Origin: Octopus sinensis
Taxonomy: Eukaryota
DNA length: 64,000 nt
Direction: 5' to 3'
NCBI RefSeq assembly: GCF_006345805.1
Contig: NC_043002.1
Span: 12,090,001 to 12,154,000 of the forward strand
Shown here: in pieces, positions 41,479 to 51,879 of the stretch
How the letters are laid out: every line of letters starts with the position of its first letter
Numbering within the stretch: position 1 is the stretch's first letter
The notes under the pieces: model-generated
Databases searched by the model: none
What the model was told of the DNA's origin: nothing
What the model saw: the letters and a program-made list of their open reading frames with translations, nothing else
Translations under genes and position numbers: made by a program

Positions 41479-41586
41479 ATGTATGTATGTATGTCTGTAT
41501 GTATGCATGTATGTATGTATGTATGTATGTATTTGTTTATGTATGTATGTATGTATGTATGTATATGTATATATATATATATAATA

Positions 41587-41626
<40 letters not shown>

Positions 41627-44451
41627 GTAAATGTCGAACGATTAAAATGGTGCTCACCTCCGCATTGGTGGATATAATTTCTTTATTTGTGAATTAAGGC
41701 TACCATTGGTTTCATGTTAAGAAAAGTAAGAAAATATCCCGGTGTCTTAGCAACTTATCAAACCGATCTCTTAGTGAAAGATGTTTGCCCCCGTATGTAT
41801 ATGTGTGTGTGTGTCTGTGTGTGTGTCTGTGTGTGTGTGTCTGTGTGTGTGTGAATAGGTGTGCCTCTCTGTGTGCATGGACATATATTTGCGAACGTGC
41901 ACGTGTATGGATATGCCTATACAAACATATATATGAATTTATGCAGGTATTCACGTATGTATATTTGCATGTAAGAACGCTTACCTGTTTGGATGTTATG
42001 TATGTCGTATATGTGCAAATATACCTGTTAACTTGTAGAATGCGCACAGCGAGCATATGCGAGTGTATATGATTCTGAAGAATATGATGCATTGCGATTT
42101 GCGTGTGCCTATGTGCTCGAGTATCTCTGTGTAGTAGTGTGGGAGTATGTAGGAGTTTGTTAATATGTATGTCTATGTACGTGAATATGTTCACATGTGC
42201 GTTAAAAGAAACGGAGAGAAGGTATATTGGTGAATAGATAATAAATATAGATATAAGGTATAGATAGAAGATTATGATAAAATTATAGATATAAATATAG
42301 ATAGGGATATAGATTTTGGATTGTGAGGCCGCTGAGTTCTTTAGCTCTGTAAATATACACACATAGATAGCGATCACCGAAACTGAAGTAGCAGCTTTGA
42401 TATTTAGAAATAGAAAAATCAGATAATATTTCCTATATCTTGAAATGGAAAACGCAAACACGTATATATGAAACTTTGCTTCATCCACACTGTGCTCTAA
42501 AATAACTGGAAGAACGGTGAAGTCACTGTTATTGTGTTTCATATTGTGAAATATGTCTATGTGAAAATCCGAATGCGTAGTGATTGCGCCTGGTCGTCCT
42601 GTCTGCTAATAGGGAACGCAACATTACGGTCGTGTGTTCGATCCATGACCATAGAATAGATTGTGTTCTTGATCAAAAGTTTTCATTTCACTTTTGTCCT
42701 AGTCTGCTCAAGTGAAAATGAACAGATTAGAGCTGAAATTGAGAGCGAGTTACAACTGGTGATGAAATATATTCTAGGTTATTTATACGCCATGGAAACT
42801 GAAATAACCTCCTGAAGGCTAACGATAGACCTAAAGCCTACATGAATATTGAATAACGATGGTGAAGATTTACTCATCATGAAACCGGTTACTCATGTCA
42901 AAATGAGTCACCTGTGGTAGAGGCTTACCCATACGAAGAACAGATGCTGATGGTGAAGATATTCTCATTTCAAAAGAGATACTTGTGATGGAGATGTACT
43001 CATGTTAAATGGTTTTGCTGTTGTTGTTGTTGTTGTTTAGCATCGTATTTAACATAATAGAATCACTTTACTGTTAAAGGTGTTCCATCCACGACTGCTC
43101 TGATAAATATTTTCATAGAACATTTAGAACTACGTCGTCCAATATGCTATCTTCTATTCTTGTAACATGCCAGGGTGTACCTCGGTATTTAAGTCAGTAA
43201 GGCGTAATTTAAGAGAGATTCGACTACTCCATCTGACAGGCAGAGCAACTACATAGAAGATTCCTCGTTTGTTGGGGCCAGCTAGGTTATTGTTTGCGAG
43301 ACAGCAAAGATGTGAGGAGGAGGATTTTTAAGACCACGCATCAAAATGCAGTTTGATTTATAACGATCATGTGAAGAAAAGACAATGAGGGTATCACCAT
43401 GTGTTCTCCCTAAGTAGATACTTTACGTGGCCGCTCTTGCTGCTAAAAATAGTGACCGAATCTCCCTCGCACCAAAACAATAGATAACGTAGTCTTCTGT
43501 ACAGTATGTTAGGAAATCGGGATGGACACGGCTTGAATGACTTTGTCATTCAGAAATCATATTGAGGCCTTGATGTTAAAACCTTAGCTGCTCTGTATAC
43601 GACACGTTTCAGGAATGCTGGATCATCGAAGGCCAAGAATTGAGCTGAATAGTGAAGACTTCATTGGCCACAGTGTTTGAGGAGTGCCAAAAAAAAATCT
43701 ATAAAAAATCTATAAAAATATTCTAGAGTAATCTTTTGGTGCCCACCACAATGAAGAAACGATAGGCACCGGATGTGACACTATACATATCCAACAAGTG
43801 ACATATTATTCAGTAGTCTTCCTGCAAGTCCGACAATGATTATACGACAACATTTGAGGAAGAAACCTCAAAAGAATTCTTATTACATTCGCTGTAGCTG
43901 GGTTTGGCTATGCGTCATTGGTAGCGCGAAACACCAGCTACTCTGCAACCGGCGGTATCAGCTGCCTTCGAGAATCTTCGTTCACGAAGCCAAGGAATGA
44001 TGCTATGGGAATATATCTATAGACATAGGCGCGTCTGTGCGTGTGCTTGAGTGTGTGCCTGCTCGTGTTTGTGTGTGTTTGTGTGTATTTGGATGTGTGC
44101 GATGGCATATGTTTGTGAATAAGTCATGTACATTATCACTCCAATTTTATTTTTAGGAATGGAGGCTTGTCTACTTCAAACTACACCTCACAGTTCAAAT
44201 AGGTGATACGTTGGGCTACGTTGTTCTTGAGAGACAAACGACTATGAATTTCCCACTCGGAGCACCATTGATCATATGTCGGGTGGATCACAGGTGATAT
44301 GAGGATATAGACCGAGGAACACAACAACAACATACATACAAACGCAGACACACGTAATATACATATATATCCATCCATACATACATGCGTACATTCATGC
44401 ATATATTTATATATACACACAAACGCAGACACGCACACACACATATATATC

Positions 44452-44484
<33 letters not shown>

Positions 44485-44519
44485 GTGAGAAAGTTGGTGT
44501 GTGAAAGCACGTGGTTGAA

Positions 44520-44727
44520 TATATAGAAAATAGTAAAAAGTGAAAAAACTACAGAAGGCTTGTTTTAAAAGGTTAGAAAATATATATTTGAGTCATTATG
44601 TCATTTTTTCAAAAACTATGTCATTGTATGAAAACCATTTATAACATTCTTCAGACATAATGACTCAAATATATATTTTCTAACCTTTTAAAACAAGCCT
44701 TCTGTAGTTTTTTCACTTTTTACTATT

Positions 44728-44736
<9 letters not shown>
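44520..44736. repeat. Perfect 83-bp inverted repeat with 51-nt spacer
   Basis: 44520-44602 is the exact reverse complement of 44654-44736; followed by (TA)n. Confidence 0.92.
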
Positions 44737-44807
<71 letters not shown>

Positions 44808-45363
44808 TATTTATACATACATAAATACATACATACATAATAGAGACCCATGAACCTGACACAGATACCGGTATGGAAGGCAATGTGAAAAGAACGTTTC
44901 GGGGTTAAACACTTCTTCACAAAAGTTACTCAGAAGCAAGAAAAAAGGTAGAGGAAGACAAAAGCACGAGATTATTTATAATGTATGCATTTTTTATAAA
45001 AGGATTTATGAGCATAATTAGGGCGTATGCATTTAAAACTGAGCTTCAAACTGCTTTCCGTTCTCATTCATTGAAAGAAAAGATAAAGATTTATAACAGA
45101 ATAACATATAGCTTTGTTACTTGTAAATTAACTCTCACGTAAAATATATATATAGAGCTTGACTTTTTTTATGAACGTACAACAATGTCCAACTTCCATA
45201 ATAATCTAATTTCATCGACGCATCCATATTTATTTCGACGTTCGTATGCAGCATCAGGTATATGAACATACTTATTCGGATGTTCAAATTTACATACATT
45301 CAAATACATGTTCGTATGGGGTGATGCTATATATATATATATCTCTGTGTGTGTGTGTGTGTG

Positions 45364-45445
<82 letters not shown>

Positions 45446-45525
45446 TATATATATACATACATATATTTCACACATATACGTATATATGCAGAAATATATG
45501 TATATATATATGTAGGATATATGTA

Positions 45526-45557
<32 letters not shown>

Positions 45558-45824
45558 GTGTGTGTGTAATATCTGTATATCTATATAAATACCTACATAT
45601 ACAGAATGTGTGTGTATATATATATATACATTTATATATGTAATTATGTATATGAATATCGCATACATATCCATTACTCATAAATATGTATGTGTTTATA
45701 AATATAATGTATATATGTATTTGTGCATGTATACATACTCAAACATATCTATCAATATATATATATTTATCTATATATATAATTGTGTTTGTATGTACAC
45801 ATGCTTACATACAAACATACATAA

Positions 45825-45856
<32 letters not shown>

Positions 45857-46029
45857 TTATTTATTTATGTATGTGTTTTTATGTATGCATGTATGTATAT
45901 ATTAAAGTATGTATACTGTAAATATGTAAGTTTCCGCGTATGTATATATGAATGTTGTCTGGCGTCAGTTCTATAATGAGTATTATCTGAATAATTAAGG
46001 AGGAGATAAGACGAGTGTTAAAGAGAAAA

Positions 46030-46470
46030 TATAGAGATCTTGGAAACTTCTAAAGTATGTAGTAGATAACGTAATCGTGCGTGGCGATGTTTGTGCTTGT
46101 AGGAGGAGAGAAACGAAGACTAGAGCTGATAGCGCAAAGACAGATAAAGTCGAACAAAGAACATTCTTTCGAGAAGAATTCAGAAACAGGAATCAAACAA
46201 ACCAAGCCAACAACCAAAAATGTAAACTAGTAATATTTAGGAGATTTTTCCAGACATACCGGAGGCTAAGATTTACATGTTGTGACATACCCAACTGGGA
46301 GATTATTGAAGAAGATATTTGATGATAACTAAGAGGGTGTTGATAATGAGTACAAGAAATAGGAAATTGAATGCCAATTTATTCAGGGAATTTTCGTTGC
46401 TTTCTTTCCTCTTCCTCTGATGTAGGGCTGGGATCTGACCGAATCTTTAGACTGGTTCCTATTACTGCAC
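46030..46470 (+). pseudogene. Decayed Penelope-like element 3' end (GIY-YIG remnant plus HHR-like motif)
   Basis: VGGEKRRLE..KEH (from 46099), PNWEIIEE, KRVL..RKLN (from 46331), then CTGATGT A GG..CC GAAT at 46417-46444. Confidence 0.5.
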
Positions 46471-46669
46471 GGCGTCATACATTATTTTATATCTCGTATG
46501 ATATGTTTTTTCTTTAAGTTAATCGTGCCCTTAATCACCTTAAACTTCATGAGCAGAGATAATCATATGTTATACTACTGAAGTATCTAGATAATCGTCA
46601 TGATCATCATGACAATTATCATCATAATCATGAATCCTTAGGTTATTACTGTCCTATGTCTTAAGACCA

Positions 46670-46855
46670 ATAAGGCCGGTTACCCACTTACCCACTGAAC
46701 GGGAAGCCAGACCATTGATTTGAAGGTGAATGGAGCGACGTGAAATTAAATGTTTTGCTCAAGGAGATACTACGAACTGCCCGATCAGGGAATTGAAACT
46801 ACAATCTTCGACACTGTGTGCAACATCCTAATCACTAGGTAACGTGTCTTGACAT
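46670..46855 (-). mobile_element. tRNA-derived SINE (family C-like), diverged
   Basis: GTGAAATTAAATGTTTTGCTCAAGG..GGGAATTGAAACT..CCTAATCACTAG resembles 8270-8400. Confidence 0.55.
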
Positions 46856-47189
46856 ATGCTGGATTAGCCGCTGATATAATGTGGGCAATATAAGGTTTTT
46901 ACAGAATTTATACTTTTCAAAAGCTAACGATGCATTTCTGTGGTGTAAAAAATATCATTCACGCAACGAAAGACGATTGGAAAATATCTGTTCGAGAGAG
47001 AGAGAAAGCGAGAGAGAAAGGAAGAGAGGGAAGGAGGGAGAGAGGGATTGAGGGAGAGAGAGACAAAGAGAGAGGGAGTGAGTGAGAGAGAGTGAGAGAG
47101 ACGGAGAGAGATTGTGACAAATGACGAAGCTGCTGCTAATAGGGAAAAAGGAAAATTGTTAAGAAAGAAATCAAAATATGAATGTTGTT

Positions 47190-47370
47190 CATAGGCAAGA
47201 ATATTTTGCAGAAGCTAGAAGAAAAGAACATGGCCAATCAGAATCCATAAGATTTCCCAAGAATTTTTTAAAGGAAAGATTCGAAAGGGAACAATTACGG
47301 AGTGGGGAGATGTTTATGGCTAAGTATTGTAACGAAAAGTCAGCCGTAGAATTTCTCCGGGCCCTGCTAA
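47190..47370 (+). mobile_element. Possible RTE-like LINE C-terminal remnant
   Basis: FFKGKIRKG..EWGDV weakly resembles the QGKI.G.R.RG..W.D terminus of RTE elements. Confidence 0.25.
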
Positions 47371-47583
47371 TCAATATTAATGTTCGGGTGTCTCGAAAAA
47401 AGTGTTTCCTCTAATTTCATTATAGGCACGTGGGGCGTGGACAACTACGAAGAGGATAGTGCATCGATTGGCTACGACGCAAAGGGCCATGGAACGATCA
47501 ATGCTAGGAACATCTTTACGAGAGCAGACTTAATATCTGATAATTCGAAGTCGAAGCGGAGTGAACGATGTGATCGCAGTACA

Positions 47584-47800
47584 CTAATCCTTCGACTATC
47601 GCGGGTGTTACGTTCCAAAACCCCACCTCGCGATAGGTGAAAATCCGCGAATTAGAAACAATACTGTATTGTATATTTATAAAAAAATTATGTTTATTAT
47701 TTGTATATATTTATTTTATTATAAATGCAAAACAACACCACAGAGTTATTGACATAAACTTAAATAATAAGCCGCGATAGCGGTATGGCGAGGGATTACA
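47584..47800. mobile_element. pogo/Tigger-like MITE
   Basis: TAATCCTTCGACTATCGCGG at left; CCGCGATAG..CGAGGGATTAC at right (imperfect TIRs). Confidence 0.65.
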
Positions 47801-47829
47801 TTATACCAAAAGTCCAAGTTCTGCTACAC

Positions 47830-48560
47830 CGGATATGTCACAAGGTTCAGAGACAACAGGAAAACCCGCGCAATTGTCGAGTGGTATTCAGTCGGGAACA
47901 GTTCATGCCCTCAATGAGGGTGATCCTGATAGATGAGTGGGCGATTTGCGAATAGGACATGGAAAGACGTGTAACAGATACATACTCTCCAGCTAATATT
48001 TTTTAGAGTGGTGAGTTTACATTTAAACTCAATGGGTCAGTTAACCTTTGCACTTGCACATCCTGGGGACCTGAGAATCAGAAGAATGGGAGGGAACATC
48101 ATCTCAATTTACTAGAAGTTACTCTATGCTGCGTCTTCCAACGAAAAGAATTAATTGGGCCATTTTACAATGGTATTATGCCTGATGCAATATATTTGAA
48201 TTTACTACAACAATCTACCAGGACAAGTATTCAAGAATGCCTCAAAGACGTGGAGCTTTATTTCTACCAAAATTGAATCCCACGTTACCATGGTACTGTA
48301 AGAGCCAATATTGGCGTGATTTTGCTAGGAAAAATTTTGCATGTTCACTGCTCTTCCCACCACTAGATACTTGGATGGGGATATTTTTCATATTATAACA
48401 TTTACAGTACAAAACCGACATCAGTTTCAGAAATAAGGGCAAGCATTGAACAAAAAATGTTCAAAAACAATGAAGGAAATAGTTATTGATGCTAGCGATT
48501 GGGTTGCATCAGTAGTGAAAAAACAAGAACCGGCATACATTCGAAAACAAAGGGCTCAAA
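47830..48560 (+). pseudogene. Tc1/mariner-superfamily transposase remnant (DD37D/maT-like)
   Basis: HALNEGDPDR, IF*SGEFTFKLNGSVN..WGPEN, LIGPFY..YLNLL, FYQN*IPRYH, GWGYF..IYSTKPTSVSEIR follow the order SDEA.F.LNG.VN..W..ENP..IGPF..FQQDGAP.H..LWGY.K..VY..KP. Confidence 0.85.
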
Positions 48561-48573
48561 ATATACAGTTGTC

Positions 48574-49175
48574 TAATTTTAGCACAAGGTCAACTTTTCG
48601 GGAAAGGAGATAAGTCGATGACATAGAACTTGTAATTATTTTCTCAGCCCTGAAATAAGTCAACCTCCAGGAAATTTGAATATAGAACACAAAAGCGAAC
48701 GAAATACCTATTTCCTTACTACCCATAAGGGGTTAAACACAGAGAGGACAAACAAAGACATGCAAACGGATTAAGTTGATTATATCGACCCCAGTGCGTA
48801 ACTGGTACTTATTTAATCGACCCCGAAAGTATGAAAGGCAAAGTCGACCTCGTCGGAATTTGAACTCAGAACGTAACGGCAGAAAGTAACCGCAAAATAC
48901 TTTGCCCGACGTGCAAACGGTTCTGCCAACTCGCCTCCTTAAAATATTGATTTCAAATTTTGACACACGGCCAGCAATTTTGGGAGAGAAGTTAAATCGA
49001 TTACATCGACCCAAAGTACTCAATTGGTCCTTATTTTATTGATCCCGAAATGATAAAGGGCAAGGTCGACTTCACCGGCATTTGAAATAAGAACGTAAGG
49101 ACGCAGGAAATGCCGCTACGCAATTTTCCCGGCGTGCAAATGAATCTGCTAGCACGCAGTCTTACATTGAAAAAT
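48574..49175 (-). mobile_element. Cluster of three family A SINE copies
   Basis: Repeated ATCGACCCC..AAAGGCAAAGTCGACCTC..GGAATTTGAACTCAGAACGTA units; 48709-48941 is the best preserved. Confidence 0.85.
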
Positions 49176-49480
49176 ATTAAAATCTTTCTCTGTTGATTCT
49201 ATTAAATTATTCAAATAAAATATATTTTAATACACACTGGTTTTATATACATTTGACATCTGTGTACAGTTTTGGGGACACCTTATATATCTTTATGTGT
49301 TTGTGTGTAGTTGTATGCAAATAAGTATATTAATGCCGTTATAATTAATGTATATATATATATATACACACATCTATAACTCCCTATACATTAATTATAA
49401 CAGCATTAATATATATATATTTCGTTTTTGGCTTTGGTTTGCGAGAGTCTTTATGCGAGTTTGTGTGTTGAAGCATATTG

Positions 49481-49719
49481 TGTTGTGTCCGAGGAGAGTC
49501 ATTTTCTTTTTGTGCCTTATTATTTAACACTAACCGGTAAAATTTCCACATATTCCTTATTTTTATTTTCCTAAAATATAGTATTAAGACGATTGGAAAT
49601 GTTGCAAGACGCAACGAAAATTTTAGGAAAATAAAAATAAGGAAATAAGTGGAAATTTTACCGGTGAGTGTGTTAAATTATAAGGCACAAAAAGAAAATG
49701 ACTCTCCCCAGACACAACA
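49481..49719. mobile_element. Foldback MITE-like element, ~97-bp arms
   Basis: 49481-49577 vs 49619-49719 inverted; a fragment of the same arm lies at about 59055-59105. Confidence 0.85.
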
Positions 49720-50086
49720 GTATATATATATATATATATATATATGCATATGTAAATGCATATATATGTGTGTATATTTATATGTGTGTATGTAGATATG
49801 TATTTAAGATATTAGTATATATATGTATATATAAGTATATACATATGAGGAGAGAGATGGAGAAAGAGAGAGGGTAATTCAAAGGATGAGAGGGAGACAG
49901 AAGGAGAGAGAGAGTATAGAGAGTGAGAGAGAGCGAGAGAAAGCACCTTGTTGCATTAGATTGCATCACTACATGTCTATATAAGAAATTATTAAGATAA
50001 AATTTTACTGATGTAAAACAGAGATATATTGAGCAAAGCATAAGAGTAAAATGTAAACTGGTACACTTTCAAATGTCTGTATGTAT

Positions 50087-50121
<35 letters not shown>

Positions 50122-50468
50122 TGTTATATATATATGTATATATATGTATGTATGTATGTATTTATTTATGCATGTATGTATATTTATATATATATATAAG
50201 GAGAGACAGAGAGGGGGAGTGAGACAAAGAGAGAGGCGGGGAGAAACAGCTAGAGAGATAGGTATATGGATGCATAGATGGGTAGATAAATAGATGGATA
50301 GATACAGAGATGTGAAGAAACGTATTCAGATACAAGACAATATCTGAATATATATAAGACGATAATCTACATCTCAATTTGTAGTTACCCATATATAATC
50401 CTGCATATTCAAATACGTATGTACATACATACATGCATACATACATACATACTTACATACATACATAC

Positions 50469-50521
<53 letters not shown>

Positions 50522-50524
<3 letters not shown>

Positions 50525-51253
50525 ATTAATCAATATAGGGTGGCAAAAAATTTTGTAGAATTTTTTTGCCACCAGCGGCCTAGTGGGAAAAATTAAATAG
50601 TCATAGACCATTTTTAAGTTCAACATCAACAATCAAGGAACGGCCATAATAGGCCATTCACCCACTAGAAATAACAGCCAAAGCTTCAACCGCAAATAAA
50701 AATCAATTCCGTAAACCAGGAGAAAATTTAAAAAACATTTACCCTGTAATTTCTTATACGATGCACCGTTTCATCTGCTGTTTAATGACTATTTAATTTT
50801 TTCCCACTAGGCCGCTGGTGGCAAAAAAATTCTACAAAATTTTTTGCCACCCTATATTGATTAATTATGAATTTTCTGGTTAATTCCGTAATGGAATCAA
50901 CGGCTTATATTTATTTGCTGCCGATAAATTTGGCGCGAGTGCGATGATTTGAAAATTTTAGGTCAGATATTGCCTTGGCAGGGTCGGAAATGCCTCGTGA
51001 AAATATCTGTTCCGACTTGGCTATTTCTTACTGAAGAATCTGAGGGCCTATGGAAGATTGGCTTGATTTAATTTAATCAGGTTAGTTTACCATTAAACAG
51101 CAGATGAAACGGTGCATCGTATAAGAAATTACAGGGTAAATGTTTTTTAAATTTTCTCCTGGTTTACGGAATTGATTTTTATTTGCGGTTGAAGCTTTGG
51201 CTGTTATTTCTAGTGGGTGAATGGCATATTATGGCCGTTCCTTGATTGTTGAT
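50522..51253. mobile_element. Composite inverted/permuted locus of HHR family F
   Basis: 50522-50604 inverted at 50785-50867; 50624-50787 inverted at 51091-51253; (TA)n on both sides. Confidence 0.9.
51023..51129 (+). ncRNA. Type I hammerhead ribozyme with 58-nt loop II
   Basis: ATTTCTTA CTGAAGA ATCTG [58 nt] CAGAT GAAA CGG-TGCA-TCG TA TAAGAAAT: 8-bp stem I, intact core, GUA site. Confidence 0.8.
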
Positions 51254-51274
51254 ATATATATATATATATATATA

Positions 51275-51480
51275 TAGGGAGAGTTTACGAAAAAAAAAAC
51301 AAAAGACGAAGACAGGTGGTGTACAAAACAAACAGATGTATTAGTATAATGCTCAGGAATTGAAAAACTCTTTTACGTTTCGAGCCTACGCTCTTCTACA
51401 GAAAGGGACTCAGAAAAAAAACAAGGAAAGAAACAAGGAGAGAAAAAATGTGTGTAGTGGCTAACGATCTATCATGGCGA
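51275..51480 (-). mobile_element. Non-autonomous repeat family G with HHR-like motif (copies 56490-56760 and, decayed, 40400-40560)
   Basis: Shared AAAAGACGAAG.CAGGTG..GCTCAGG..ACGTTTCGAGCCTACGCTCTTC..CAGAAAG; starts directly after (TA)n. Confidence 0.8.
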
Positions 51481-51879
51481 CCCATATATATAAATATATA
51501 TACAACACACTTATACATATGGAATAATGCGATACATGCCAAGCATACGCATACGTCTATAATACAGTTGAATGAAATACTCCATAAATATAATAAATAT
51601 CTGGCTTAGTGATTAGGTATTGTAGGTTAAGTTCCTGTACCGGGTGCTGTGCTCTTGAACGAAGCAGTTCATTTCAAGTAGCTCCCCTCCATACAGCTGT
51701 CAAAAGGGAGAAATTTTACGACGGAAGTGAGTCCCGTCCAGATGAGTGTTGTATGAATGAACTAGTGGAACGGGAAGGGCCTTTGATCCTTTTGATATAC
51801 GATGTACATACATACATACATACATACATACATACATACATACATCATGCCTACATACATACATACATACATACATACA

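Noticed and set aside
41712-42542. Longest listed ORF (276 aa, minus strand)
   Set aside because: Built from (CA)n/(TA)n-rich low-complexity sequence; no domain or motif.
46961-46985. ACGCAACGAAAGACGATTGGAAA resembles a permutation of the 49585-49619 spacer
   Set aside because: Two short matches only; flanks are not homologous.
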